From Candidatus Marinacidobacterales bacterium (GTDB lineage Bacteria > Acidobacteriota > Vicinamibacteria > Marinacidobacterales > SMYC01): DNA of 64,000 nt. The DNA lies in NCBI GenBank assembly GCA_965237955.1, contig OZ250169.1, forward strand, positions 6,208,001-6,272,000, written 5' to 3'. The position numbers were made by a program, and so were the translations under genes. This document shows, one piece after another, positions 21,839-31,993 of the stretch (positions within the stretch are counted from its first letter, which is position 1; every line of letters starts with the position of its first letter). A model generated the notes under the pieces. The model had not been told where the DNA came from. It did no database searches and saw only the letters and a list, made by a program, of their open reading frames with translations.

Positions 21839-22963
21839 CTAAGCCACTATGAAGTTTCGTTCAACATCGTTGTTTCGATGCTCGACTCCGTCCACAGCGA
21901 GTTCAAGTGTGGGTGACGGCTCACGCACACGGTCCGCTGAACGCCGGTACTGGTCCATCTTCTCTTTGCCATAGTCCAGCTCAGCCATGTAGGCGTTGTG
22001 CTGCGCGCACATCAATCGAATATTGTTCGCGCTTCGATCGCCACCAAGGCCATAGGGCTCGTCGTGATGGAACTCCAGGCCCTCGCGCGCCGGGCAGCGC
22101 CTGCCGTCAGCGGTTGAAAACGTACATTGACCGCCATCGCGTTCCCACACGAAGCGCCTCACCGGTGCGGAGATACCGCGCACGCCGGGCGACGTGTCGG
22201 CCTCTTCGAGGCTCTTTCTCGGCTTGTTCGTCTTGCCAAAGCGCTTGGCTTCGAGCCGGTCGAGTTTCTCAGTCACGGCCGCTTCGACGATGGAAGCGAG
22301 GTCGTTGCCGGGCATGAGCGCGGTGAGGCGTTCGAGCTTGCCGCGGAGCTCGGCGCTCGCGGTGAACTGTACTCGGTAACGCGCAGGTGCCAACGGCTCG
22401 ATCACTGGCGGCTTAGCAGGTGCTTCCGGCGCAGAAGATGGCGGAGGAGCCGGACAATCCCGCCTAACTCCAGACGGACGGAGTTCGTTCGTAGGTTGTG
22501 TCGTGGGCTTCGCCTTCCGCGCTGGAAGCTTGCGCATCACCGACGGAACATCCGGCTTCGGCGCAATCTCGGCCACCAGCTCGAGGATCTCGCGTTTGGT
22601 CTTGTGGGTCGCTCGAGCTAAGAGCTCATCGCAATTCTCGTCCGTTAGATGCGGTGCCAGCTCAACGATGCCGCTCAAGTGCAGGCGTCCGTCCGCAAGC
22701 ATTGTCAGCAGCATCGGATGTCTCCGCGACGCACGAGCGACGCCTATCCGCAGATAGGCCTCTGCCTTCGGCAAGTGCAACTCATCGACGCAGTACTGAA
22801 ACATCGAGGGCGACGCTTCTCTCGTGAACAGTCGACGCGCGTCGACTTCGGCGATGTGTGCGACGAGCTCGGACTCGACGCGTCGTGACTGTTTCAAAAC
22901 ATCCGACAGTCGACGGAGTAGTTCGTCATCCGATAGCGGTTTCAATTCTTGCATTTTCTTCAT
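21839..22963 (-). CDS. HNH endonuclease with helical N-terminal domain (DUF222-like architecture)
   Basis: VRRFVWERDGGQC...RRC...LEFHH...GG...NNIRLMCAQHN. Confidence 0.8.
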   Translation of the reverse strand: MKKMQELKPLSDDELLRRLSDVLKQSRRVESELVAHIAEVDARRLFTREASPSMFQYCVDELHLPKAEAYLRIGVARASRRHPMLLTMLADGRLHLSGIVELAPHLTDENCDELLARATHKTKREILELVAEIAPKPDVPSVMRKLPARKAKPTTQPTNELRPSGVRRDCPAPPPSSAPEAPAKPPVIEPLAPARYRVQFTASAELRGKLERLTALMPGNDLASIVEAAVTEKLDRLEAKRFGKTNKPRKSLEEADTSPGVRGISAPVRRFVWERDGGQCTFSTADGRRCPAREGLEFHHDEPYGLGGDRSANNIRLMCAQHNAYMAELDYGKEKMDQYRRSADRVREPSPTLELAVDGVEHRNNDVERNFIVA

Positions 22964-23454
22964 GTGCTTCTTATAACATGGACTTTTTCTACGCTCTGAG
23001 CTTGCGCGTGTTGAGCGTAAACAGGTCGAGAGACTTTCGGAGTCTTCCAGGCAAACGAACGCGCTTGTCGCTTCTCTATCGCGCTTAGAGGCGCATCACA
23101 GATCACGCCCGCGATTTGTTGCGAGTGGCTTCGAAAAAGCTTGTCAAGCAAAAAGAGGGGTCCGGACCGGGTACATTGGTGACAAAACAGACCGGCGACA
23201 TGGGTGACAATCCCTTTACCAGGGAGGTGGCCGATGCCGTGGGACGAGACGAATTGCATGAATGAACGAGTGAGATTCATCGCTGCGCGCCTTGAAGCTG
23301 GGGAGTGTTAGCGGCGGGCGTAAATTGCACACTTATGGCGGGCGAAAATTGCACACTCGGCCATCCGTAAAAGGAGGCCGTTGTCGTGTGTCTGGAGTGC
23401 CAGACATGACGGCGCGCCTTCAATCAGAATGGCGTTTCCGGAGTGGAGGCGCCG

Positions 23455-24498
23455 ATGTACGGAAGGGAGAAACGAGTGTTACTACGAGAGTATTTGGAGC
23501 AGGGAATCAAGAAGGCGGCGCTAGCAGACAAGCTAGGAATCAGCCGCCGAACGGTCCACCACTGGATAAAGACGGGTCAACTGGACCGAGAGTTGGACGA
23601 GGAAACGGTGCGCTACAAGAAGCGTCCGCGGATCGAGCGCAGGATCGACCCGTACCGGGAGATCCTTCATTCGCGCCTGCACGAGTTCCCGGAGCTGAGT
23701 TCAGTACGCCTGCATGATGAGATCCGTGCCGCGGGCTATGAAGGCGGCTACACGCAGGTCAAGGAGTACGTGCGGCAGATTCGCCCACAGCCACCGGCGG
23801 AGCCGCTGGTGCGTTTCGAGACCCCACCAGGCCACCAAGCTCAGGTCGATTTTGCACACTTTCGTTTGCCATGGGGTCGTCGGTGGGCACTTCTCGTGGT
23901 GCTCGGATACTCGAGGCTGCTATGGCTTCGGTTTTTCAAGCGACAGGACATGCGGACGTTGTTCGCGGGGCTTGAGCAGGCCTTCCTATTTTTTGGAGGA
24001 GTTCCCAAAGAGCTCCTTTTTGACCAGATGCGTTCGGTCATCGTCGAGGATCACCGCCGGGAAGGTGGCCCTCTCGTTGAGAACCCAGAGTTCGTCCGCT
24101 TCGCCCACCACTGGGAGTTTCGAACAAGAGCGTGTCGCCCGTATCGGGCGAAGACCAAGGGCAAAGTGGAAAGGCCAATCCGCTATGTGAGAGGAAGCTT
24201 CTTCTACGGTCGCCACTTTATCAACGATGACGACCTCGATGCTCAGCTCGAGCGTTGGCTGAGTGACGTCGCCAACGTCCGACTCCATCGCACAACCAAC
24301 GAACGACCGATAGAACGATTCGCGCGCGATGAAAGGGCCACTCTGAGACCGCTCGTTGAGCGGCCATATCGCTCTCTTGTACTGCCAAACCAACCCGCGA
24401 GAAGAACTCCAAAAGCCTGCTTAACCACACTGCCTTCGATGGATGTCGAGCATCGTCCCCTCGAAGTCTACACGCGGCTCGTTGGAGGTGGACAATGA
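23455..24498 (+). CDS. istA: IS21 transposase
   Basis: RFETPPGHQAQVDF, LGYSR, LFDQM, TKGKVER. Confidence 0.95.
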   Translation: MYGREKRVLLREYLEQGIKKAALADKLGISRRTVHHWIKTGQLDRELDEETVRYKKRPRIERRIDPYREILHSRLHEFPELSSVRLHDEIRAAGYEGGYTQVKEYVRQIRPQPPAEPLVRFETPPGHQAQVDFAHFRLPWGRRWALLVVLGYSRLLWLRFFKRQDMRTLFAGLEQAFLFFGGVPKELLFDQMRSVIVEDHRREGGPLVENPEFVRFAHHWEFRTRACRPYRAKTKGKVERPIRYVRGSFFYGRHFINDDDLDAQLERWLSDVANVRLHRTTNERPIERFARDERATLRPLVERPYRSLVLPNQPARRTPKACLTTLPSMDVEHRPLEVYTRLVGGGQ

Positions 24499-25334
24499 AG
24501 GCGAGCACAATATCGCGACGTGAGCAGATCCGTACGATGCTGGCCGACCTAAAGATGCCTGGCGCGCTCGAAGCTGTCGACCGCGTACTATCTGATGCCG
24601 ATGGCGGTGCGGTCACAACGGCGGAGGCCATCGAGAACCTTCTTGGAGCGCAGATCACGTTGAGAAACAACCGTCGTCTCCAAGCGGCGATGCGCTCCTC
24701 ACGACTCCCCGCGGTCAAAACAATCGATGAGTTCGATTTTTCGTTCCAGCCATCGATCAAACGCGAGCAGATTGAGAACCTTCACGAGCTCGGGTTCGTT
24801 GAACGTAAGGAGAACGTCGTCTTATTGGGACCTCCTGGTGTGGGCAAAACTCATCTCGCGATTAGTCTTGCCATCGCCGCTGCCCAGAATGGACGGCGCG
24901 TCTATTACGGCACCCTGGCTGAGCTCATCACCTCCCTCGAAGAGGCTCGTGACGCGGGCCGCCTCACTCGTCGACTCGCGGTTCTCAGTTATCCGTCACT
25001 GCTTGTTGTCGATGAAATCGGATACCTACCCGTCACCCAGACCGGCGCGGTGCTTTTTTTCCAGCTCATAAGTAGGCGATACGAGCGCGCTTCGACCGTG
25101 CTCACCTCTAACAAAAGTTTCGAGGAATGGGGCGAGATCCTTGGCGACGAAGTCATGGCCGCCGCTCTCATCGACCGCATTCTGCACCACTGCCACCTCG
25201 TCAACATCCGAGGAAACAGTTACCGCATGAGAGAGCACTCCGAACTGTGGCGAGCGCTCCATCCGGCGGGTTCGGACGAACCTCACCCGCCGGCTAAATC
25301 TCATAGGAAATACACGGAGGCGACGGCGTCATAG
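24495..25334 (+). CDS. istB: IS21 helper AAA+ ATPase
   Basis: GPPGVGKTHLA, VVDEIGY, LTSN, ALIDRILHH, GNSYR. Confidence 0.95.
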   Translation: MKASTISRREQIRTMLADLKMPGALEAVDRVLSDADGGAVTTAEAIENLLGAQITLRNNRRLQAAMRSSRLPAVKTIDEFDFSFQPSIKREQIENLHELGFVERKENVVLLGPPGVGKTHLAISLAIAAAQNGRRVYYGTLAELITSLEEARDAGRLTRRLAVLSYPSLLVVDEIGYLPVTQTGAVLFFQLISRRYERASTVLTSNKSFEEWGEILGDEVMAAALIDRILHHCHLVNIRGNSYRMREHSELWRALHPAGSDEPHPPAKSHRKYTEATAS

Positions 25335-25422
25335 GGTTCGCCACCCATGGCTCGGGTGTGCAATTTTCATCCGCCATGAATGCGCAGTTTTCGGCCGGCG
25401 TTGACACCTTGAAGCTGGGGAG

Positions 25423-26568
25423 CCGTTCAGTGCCCTGTGCGAACGGTTTGGGGTGAGCCGAAAGACTGGCTACAAGTGGGTCGAACGTTACGAGTTGGAT
25501 GGGGTCGCAGGTCTGGAAGAGCGTTCTCGCGCCCCTTTGTCGCATCCTCACGCTGTCGCGGACGACGTGGTGGAAAAGATTCTGAGAGCCCGGAAGAAAC
25601 ACCCGCGTTGGGGACCGCGCAAGTTGCGTGTCATCCTGCAACGGCACTATCCGCAGCTCGCGCTGCCGGCGACGAGCACGATCGGAGAGGTTCTGCGTAA
25701 GAATGGGCTCATCCAGAAGCGGCGGCGGATACGCCGAAGCTCTCCGTATGGCGATCGTCTGGGCGACTACGGGAGCCCCAATGCGGTGTGGTGTGCCGAC
25801 TTCAAGGGACATTTTCCGGTTGCAGGGGAGCGTTGTCACCCCTTGACCGTGAGCGACGGATGCAGTCGCTATTTATTTGCCTGTCAGGGTCTTCACCGGC
25901 CATTGTTCAAGCCGACACGGAAGATATTCGAATCGGTATTTCGAGCATACGGTCTGCCGGACGCGATTCGAACCGACAACGGAGCGCCGTTCTCGACTCT
26001 TGCGCCAGGAGGACTGTCCAGACTTGCTGTTTGGTGGATTCGTCTCGGAATCCGTCCTGAGCGGATTCAGCCCGGCCGACCCGATCAAAACGGAAGACAT
26101 GAACGGATGCACAGCACCTTGAAGTCAGAGACGGCTAAACCGCCCCGAGCGAGCTTTCGAGCACAGCAACGGGCATTCGATCGGTTCCGGGAGGAATACA
26201 ACGAAATCCGCCCGCATGAGGCACTTGGTCAGGAGGTTCCTGCATCTCGCTATCAGCCCTCGAACCGCCCCTACCCTCGTCAGCTCCCGCAAATCGAATA
26301 CCCGGAGCACTTCTACGTCGCTCAAACCTATCCCAACGGAATGATCTCTTTTGAGTCCAAGCAGTGGTACATAAGCAGCTGTCTAAAGTCAGAGCGCGTC
26401 GGTCTCGAGCAAGTCGATGACGACCGGTGGAAGGTTCACTTCGGTCCCGTCCCTCTCGGGATTCTCGATGTTCGAAACGCCAGGGACCGTGGATATCGCG
26501 CCTTTGGGCTTCTAGTTTCTCCCGAACGACGAAGCAAGAGGCCATACAAAAGACGAGGCCCGAAATGA
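25423..26568 (+). pseudogene. IS481 transposase, C-terminal part (N-terminal 24 codons at 23234-23305)
   Basis: WCADFKG, IRTDNG, QNGRHERMHSTLK DDE motifs. Confidence 0.9.
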
Positions 26569-26818
26569 TCTCGAAGAGAATCCACGACACCGCAAACTGT
26601 TACCTATGTGCCCGGTCTGTTTCGTTACCGATGTAGGCGGTTGCACAAGGTTCGTTTTTTCGAAGCGTTGTTTTTCTTTCTTGCGAAGTCGCAGAACTCC
26701 GTCTGGACGGAGTTGACTCGCGCTTCGCCGTCGCGACACCGTGCCGTCCAGTCTCTCGCAACGAAGCGCGCCGCAATGAAGGGGCGATGGCCAGACGACA
26801 TCCCGCCGAGCAGCGGAC

Positions 26819-27088
26819 CTAGTAGTCATGCCGCTTCCGCACGACGTAGCAGCGCTGGTAATGCCCGCGCGCGGTTCGGTGCACGTGCCAGTAGCGGTCG
26901 TGCCGGCGGTGTGGTGTGAAGTGATGCGCGCCGCCGAAATAGCGGCACTGGACCAAATGGTTGCAGTCGAGGCGATGATAGTGGCGATACTCGAGCCGTG
27001 GTGGGGGCGGGGCTTCGTGGTAGCCGTGGTGGTGCCCGCAGGCCGAAAGGCATCCAAACGCGATCACCGCGCGCAGAACGTTGCGCAT
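26819..27088 (-). CDS. Small His/Arg-rich lipoprotein
   Basis: LSA-C lipobox, GGGAGG RBS, sigma-54 promoter upstream; 15 His in 89 aa. Confidence 0.7.
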   Translation of the reverse strand: MRNVLRAVIAFGCLSACGHHHGYHEAPPPPRLEYRHYHRLDCNHLVQCRYFGGAHHFTPHRRHDRYWHVHRTARGHYQRCYVVRKRHDY

Positions 27089-27122
27089 GACAACCTCCCC
27101 AGCGACGGCTGCTCAGGGATAT

Positions 27123-27138
27123 AGCAAAACGCGTGCCG
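27123..27138 (-). promoter_or_regulatory. Sigma-54 promoter
   Basis: Minus strand CGGCAC-GCGTT-TTGCT, 35 nt upstream of ATG 27088. Confidence 0.7.
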
Positions 27139-27190
27139 GAAGTAGTCCCCGCGCAACGGAGAGAATTGTCTCCGCGGGGAGACAACGCTG

Positions 27191-28084
27191 TCACGATTTG
27201 GGCGAAGTGGACTTCGCTCTCGGATGGTGCTGGTCGTAGATCCGTCGTAGCCGTTCGCGACTGACGTGGGTATAAATCTGCGTCGTTCCGATGTTCGAAT
27301 GCCCGAGCATCAACTGTAGGCTCCGGAGGTCCGCGCCGCGCTCGAGAAGGTGGGTTGCGAACGAGTGCCGGACGACGTGAGGCGACAGCGGCCGGTCGAT
27401 GCCAGCCCGTTTGCCGCAGCTCTTGAGAATCTGAAAAAAGCGCTGCCGCGTCATCGCCTTTCCGAGACGGCTGAGAAAGAACGCATCGGTCGTTTTACGT
27501 ACGAGCTCGAGCCGCCCCTCTCGCAGGTAACGCTCGAGCCACTTCTTCGCGGAACGTCCGAAGGGAACGATGCGCTCCTTACGTCCTTTGCCTTCGCACA
27601 CGAGGTAGCCGACATCGAAATTGAAATCGCCGCGCTCAAGTGCGATGAGCTCCGACACGCGCAGCCCGGTCGCATAGAGAAGCTCGAGCATGGCGCGGTC
27701 CCTCAATCCTTCCGGGGTGGTGACATCGGACACTTCGAGAACGCGCTCAACCTCGTCGAGACTGAGATAGCGCGGAAGGTTCCGATGAAGCCGCGCGGTC
27801 TCGATCTGCTCCGCCGGATCGCTTCGCATGTGACCCTCCGACGCCGCGAACTTATAAAGTCCCCGAACGGCCGACGTCGTGCGGCCGATCGAGCGGAGCG
27901 AAAGCCCGTAGCGATGAAGATCGCGCAGGAACTCGCGGAGGTCGGTCGCGCTGAGCGAGGTCAGCGCCCGGCGGCGCTTTTTCGCGAATGCCTCGAGCTT
28001 CGCGATGTCACGCCGGTAGGCTTTGAGCGTATTGGGCGCAAGTCCCCGTTCGACCTCGAGATAGTGAAAAAACGATTCCTTCAA
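27191..28084 (-). CDS. xerD: Tyrosine recombinase XerD
   Basis: ERGLAPNTLKAYRRD, LRDRAMLELLYATGLRVSEL, SPHVVRHSFATHLL, LGHSNIGTTQIYTHV. Confidence 0.92.
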   Translation of the reverse strand: MKESFFHYLEVERGLAPNTLKAYRRDIAKLEAFAKKRRRALTSLSATDLREFLRDLHRYGLSLRSIGRTTSAVRGLYKFAASEGHMRSDPAEQIETARLHRNLPRYLSLDEVERVLEVSDVTTPEGLRDRAMLELLYATGLRVSELIALERGDFNFDVGYLVCEGKGRKERIVPFGRSAKKWLERYLREGRLELVRKTTDAFFLSRLGKAMTRQRFFQILKSCGKRAGIDRPLSPHVVRHSFATHLLERGADLRSLQLMLGHSNIGTTQIYTHVSRERLRRIYDQHHPRAKSTSPKS

Positions 28085-28872
28085 AAGCGGACCGTGATTC
28101 CGAAGTATTGCCCCCTCAGCCGATAGATCGCGCGCGACGCCGGTTCGTCCTCCTTGAAACGATTGTACGAGTTCCGATAGCCGTACGAGAACGCCAGATT
28201 CGGAATCGCGTTGTACGTAACCGAAGTATCGAAATCGGTCATCACGCCGATGGCCTCACGCTTCATCCCCAACCCCTCCACGGAGACCGCGAGGGCGGGC
28301 GTCAGGTAGATACGCGTCTTGAGACCGAACAGCGGAAGGCTCATCCGCAGAGGCGGGATCGTAGTATCCGCGTCATTGGATTGGTACGCGTTGTTCGCCT
28401 CCAATCGCGCCCACTCGCCTATTACGGCGAGCCATCCGTACTCCCCGCGTAGGAGGTCGAACTCCACCCCGCCTCGCCTCTGCTCGAGCTCGAGAAACGA
28501 CGTTACCACGTTACCCGACGCGTAGAAATCGCCGTCGATGATCAACGCCTGATTCGTCACCGTGTCGGCGTTGTAGGTCACCTTGAACCAGTTGACGCGG
28601 ATACGTAGTCGCTTTACCACCCGAACGCCGAAGTGGAAGTCGAAGAGACGCTCGGCGGGGAGCCCGAGATCGGCAACAGGATCGAAATCGCTCCCGAGTG
28701 TGCCGGGAACGGAGAATCGCAGCTCGGAAACGAGAGCGGAGCGCCATCGCCGAATATCGATCTCTACCCTGCTCTGCTCCCCCATGTTGAGACTGGGTCG
28801 GCGCGCTTGGGCGAAAGCGCTCGTCGCGGAAACAACGAGGAGTAAAACCCATAACCCGTGGATCGCTTTCAT
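28081..28872 (-). CDS. Outer-membrane beta-barrel protein
   Basis: Signal peptide (AFA-Q), C-terminal GQYFGITVRF. Confidence 0.7.
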   Translation of the reverse strand: MKAIHGLWVLLLVVSATSAFAQARRPSLNMGEQSRVEIDIRRWRSALVSELRFSVPGTLGSDFDPVADLGLPAERLFDFHFGVRVVKRLRIRVNWFKVTYNADTVTNQALIIDGDFYASGNVVTSFLELEQRRGGVEFDLLRGEYGWLAVIGEWARLEANNAYQSNDADTTIPPLRMSLPLFGLKTRIYLTPALAVSVEGLGMKREAIGVMTDFDTSVTYNAIPNLAFSYGYRNSYNRFKEDEPASRAIYRLRGQYFGITVRF

Positions 28873-28873
28873 T

Positions 28874-30583
28874 TCACCTCCGAGGTCTCAAAGCAGCAAG
28901 GGCTTGGTCCAATTCTCTAACGTGCAGTAGCTTACACCCGGCAACGAAGACCGCGAACCCGACGACAATCGCGCTTCCGACTTGCAACAGCCGCGCCCAC
29001 ACAATCTCGTGTCCGTACGAGCCGTCGAGTAGCCGAAAGGTCGCAAACGCGAACGCGCCCATGAGAAGCGACACGGCAAGAGTCTTCACCAACGTTACCA
29101 ACGTGCGTCCGCCGTCGAGACGGCCGACTTCGCTTCGCTGACGCAACAACAACCACAGCCAAACGAAGGAAATCGTCATCGTCGTCGACGTCGCGAGCGC
29201 GAGGCCGCGGTGGTCCATCCCGAGACGTACCACGAACAGCCAGTTCAGCCCGGCATTCGCTACGACGCTCACGACACTCACTATGAGCGGCGCGCGAATA
29301 TCCTGGAGCGCATAGAAACCGTCGGTCACTATCTTCAACGCCGCGAAGCTCAAGAGCCCAACCGCGTAACACCGCAGTGCACCCGCCACCTGCACGGTAT
29401 CCTCGGGCCCGAACCGACCCTGTTCGAAGATCAGACGGACGATCGGCGGCGCAAGAACGAGAAGCCCGATGGTCGCAGGCACCGTGAACACGATCACGAG
29501 TCGCGTCGCCAGGGAGAACGTCTCTCGAAAGCGATCCCCATCGGCTTTGGCCGCGGCACGACTCAGCGCCGGGAGGGTGGCCACGGATACAGCGACGGCG
29601 ATCAGCCCGAGCGGAAGATGAAGAATTCGAAACGCCTGCATGATCCACGTGACCCAGCCTTCGCCCCTCGACGCGAAGAACGAGTTCACGAGCAAGTTCA
29701 CTTGGACGGTCGATGCGATGAGCGCTCCGGGCCCGAACAACCGCATCACCTTCACCAGCCAGGGATCTCGGAACGAGAACACAGGCCGGTATCGATAGCC
29801 CAGACGGAACAGCGACGGAAGCTGCCACAGGAGTTGGAGCGCGCCTCCCGCGAGCACCCCGACCGCCATCCCCACGGTCGGGTGCTGTCCATAGCGAGGC
29901 GCGAGGAAGTAGCCGGTGACTCCGACGACGATCGAGCCGATGTTGAAAAACGACGACGCCAGCGCCGGGATCAGAAAGCGACCCCGTGCATTGAGGACTC
30001 CCATGACGAGCGCCGCGAGACTGACGAAGAAGATGAACGGGAACATGATCTGCGTCAGTCGCACCGTCAGCTCGCGTTTCGTCGCGAAGCCGAAGCTCTC
30101 GCCGGGAGGGAGGGGTGTGTCGAACCCGGCGCCCGGGAAAACCAAAGCGACGATGACGTCCGCGTAGATCACACCGGTCAACGTGAACACGCCTACGACG
30201 AGAATCAACGCGCTGAGCACGAGGTTGACGAGACGAAGCGCGGCCTCGTTCCCCTCCTTCTCCTGTATCTCCGAGAACGTCGACACGAACGCTTTGCTCA
30301 GGGCCCCTTCACCGAACATGTCGCGAAGAAGATTGGGGATGCGAAACGCCGCGTAGTACGCGTCGAGGCCGATTCTCGCCGAGAACAGATACGCGAGGAC
30401 TTGCTCGCGCACGAGCCCGAGTATTCGCGAGACCATGACGCCGACGCTGACGGTGCCGGCGGAACGTGTGAGCGCCCGGCTCGCATCGTCGTGTCCATTG
30501 GGCGAGCCGTTTTCTTCGGGGATGCGTTGGCTTCCCAACGGCGCGCTCTCCATCTCGGAGGAGGGGGAAGCCATGAAGCCCAT
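28874..30583 (-). CDS. murJ: Lipid II flippase MurJ
   Basis: SRILGLVRE, DAYYAAFRIPNLLRDMFGEGALS, multi-TM. Confidence 0.95.
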   Translation of the reverse strand: MGFMASPSSEMESAPLGSQRIPEENGSPNGHDDASRALTRSAGTVSVGVMVSRILGLVREQVLAYLFSARIGLDAYYAAFRIPNLLRDMFGEGALSKAFVSTFSEIQEKEGNEAALRLVNLVLSALILVVGVFTLTGVIYADVIVALVFPGAGFDTPLPPGESFGFATKRELTVRLTQIMFPFIFFVSLAALVMGVLNARGRFLIPALASSFFNIGSIVVGVTGYFLAPRYGQHPTVGMAVGVLAGGALQLLWQLPSLFRLGYRYRPVFSFRDPWLVKVMRLFGPGALIASTVQVNLLVNSFFASRGEGWVTWIMQAFRILHLPLGLIAVAVSVATLPALSRAAAKADGDRFRETFSLATRLVIVFTVPATIGLLVLAPPIVRLIFEQGRFGPEDTVQVAGALRCYAVGLLSFAALKIVTDGFYALQDIRAPLIVSVVSVVANAGLNWLFVVRLGMDHRGLALATSTTMTISFVWLWLLLRQRSEVGRLDGGRTLVTLVKTLAVSLLMGAFAFATFRLLDGSYGHEIVWARLLQVGSAIVVGFAVFVAGCKLLHVRELDQALAALRPRR

Positions 30584-30626
30584 GATATTACATTTCGTGG
30601 TATGTTTTTCGTCGACGCTTCCCGCT

Positions 30627-31172
30627 ATGCGAGCCGATTCCTCTTCGCCGGAACGACTTCCCCTCTATGAGAGCGTACCGCTCGCTCTCGTGTTGTTCGT
30701 GTTTTGGGTTGTTCTCTCCGGCAAGCTCGACCTCTTCCATCTCGCGGCCGGCGCGCTGAGCGCTGCCGGCATCGCGTACTTGAGCTGTCACCTCTATGCG
30801 GTGACCCCGCCCGTCGGCCCACGAGGCCGGCACCCCTTCTTCACGATGCCATGGCTTCGCCTCGCCCTTTACCTTCCATGGCTCAGTTGGGAAATCGTCG
30901 TGGCGTCGTTTCAAGTCGCGCGCATCGTTCTGAGTCCGAAGATGAGCGTCACGCCGCTGCTATTTCGGTTTAACCATCAGTTGCCTCACAACCTCGCCCG
31001 CGCCACGCTCGCGAACTCGATAACGTTGACACCCGGTACCGTCACTATCGATGTTCGGGGCGACGAATTTCTAGTACACGCTCTGAACGAAAAAGCGGCC
31101 GAGGCGCTTCAGGGGTTGCGTTCCGGCGATATGAAGAGTCGGGTGAGCTCCGTTTTCCGCGGAGACCCGTGA
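30627..31172 (+). CDS. mrpE: Na+/H+ antiporter subunit E
   Basis: LANSITLTPGTVTIDV...LVHAL. Confidence 0.92.
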   Translation: MRADSSSPERLPLYESVPLALVLFVFWVVLSGKLDLFHLAAGALSAAGIAYLSCHLYAVTPPVGPRGRHPFFTMPWLRLALYLPWLSWEIVVASFQVARIVLSPKMSVTPLLFRFNHQLPHNLARATLANSITLTPGTVTIDVRGDEFLVHALNEKAAEALQGLRSGDMKSRVSSVFRGDP

Positions 31173-31175
31173 ACG

Positions 31176-31448
31176 ATGTCTGCTTTTCTCGTCGCTATCA
31201 CCATCGGCATTGCGCTGACGATGCTATTGTCCTTGTATCGGCTGCTCCGTGGACCCAGTCTCTGGGATCGTCTGAGCGGGCTCGGGCTCGTCGGCACCAA
31301 GACGATCGTCCTCTTGCTTCTACTCGGCCGCGTGACCGGGCGCGAGGACATTTTCGTCGACATCACGCTTTCCTACACTCTCATAAGTTTCATCGGAGCG
31401 CTCGCGCTCGCCAAGTACTTCGAGGGGAAGGAGACCGGCCAAACATGA
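31176..31448 (+). CDS. mrpF: Na+/H+ antiporter subunit F
   Basis: YRLLRGPSLWDR; three TM helices. Confidence 0.9.
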   Translation: MSAFLVAITIGIALTMLLSLYRLLRGPSLWDRLSGLGLVGTKTIVLLLLLGRVTGREDIFVDITLSYTLISFIGALALAKYFEGKETGQT

Positions 31449-31750
31449 CAGCGGTGGCGTATGCGGTACTGGTCTTGGGCTTCTTCTTTGTCTTTACCGG
31501 CGCACTCGGCATTCTTCGTTTCCCCGACTTTTTCACCAGGCTGCACGCGATGGGGAAATCCGACACCCTCGGCGTCGCGCTCATGGCGTTTGGACTGGCG
31601 ATCCTGGAAGGTGCGACCGTCAACGGCGTCAAGATCCTGTTCATCATCTTGTTCGTAGGCTTGGCGAGCCCGACGGCAACCCACGCGCTCGGCCGCGCCG
31701 CCCACCGTGCCGGCCTCGTACCCTGGTCGGCCCCGACGGATTCCGAATGA
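31445..31750 (+). CDS. mrpG: Na+/H+ antiporter subunit G
   Basis: GILRFPDFFTRLHAMGKSDTLG; PTATHALGRAA. Confidence 0.92.
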   Translation: MTAVAYAVLVLGFFFVFTGALGILRFPDFFTRLHAMGKSDTLGVALMAFGLAILEGATVNGVKILFIILFVGLASPTATHALGRAAHRAGLVPWSAPTDSE

Positions 31751-31989
31751 TTCCGCCTCTGGTCACTTTGTTTCTGGTGCTCATGGTGGTGTGCGCGGTT
31801 TTTGCGCTGCGAGCGTCGGACCTCCTCGCCGCGGTCGTCATCTTCGGAGCTTTCAGCTTTTTTTCGGCGATTTTCTTCGCGCTACTGGGAGCGCTGGATG
31901 TGGCCTTTACCGAGGCCGCCGTGGGCGCAGCGATCACCACGGTGTTCTTCGTCTCGGCGATCTACCGCACCGACCGAAAGGCGATGTAG
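31747..31989 (+). CDS. MrpB-associated small subunit (DUF4040)
   Basis: ALDVAFTEAAVGA. Confidence 0.88.
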   Translation: MIPPLVTLFLVLMVVCAVFALRASDLLAAVVIFGAFSFFSAIFFALLGALDVAFTEAAVGAAITTVFFVSAIYRTDRKAM

Positions 31990-31993
31990 GACC

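Larger units (their letters stand above)
23306..25406 (+). mobile_element. IS21-family element (istA-istB)
   Basis: TGT...ACA ends with repeated AAATTGCACAC sub-terminal motifs; flanked by CCTTGAAGCTGGGGAG at 23290-23305 and 25407-25422. Confidence 0.95.
23160..26647 (+). mobile_element. IS481-family element interrupted by IS21
   Basis: About 50-bp imperfect TIRs 23160-23209 and 26598-26647; transposase MPWDETNCMNERVRF (ATG 23234) resumes at 25423. Confidence 0.88.

Noticed and set aside
21839-22963. IscB/Cas9-like nuclease
   Set aside because: No PLMP or RuvC motifs; only a C-terminal HNH domain.
27191-28084. Integron or prophage integrase
   Set aside because: Canonical XerD motifs and length, coupled to murJ operon genes, no attC array or phage genes.
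29210-30670. Long antisense and alternate-frame ORFs (also 16675-17790, 49489-50763 and others)
   Set aside because: Shadows of real genes in high-GC DNA; no recognisable motifs.
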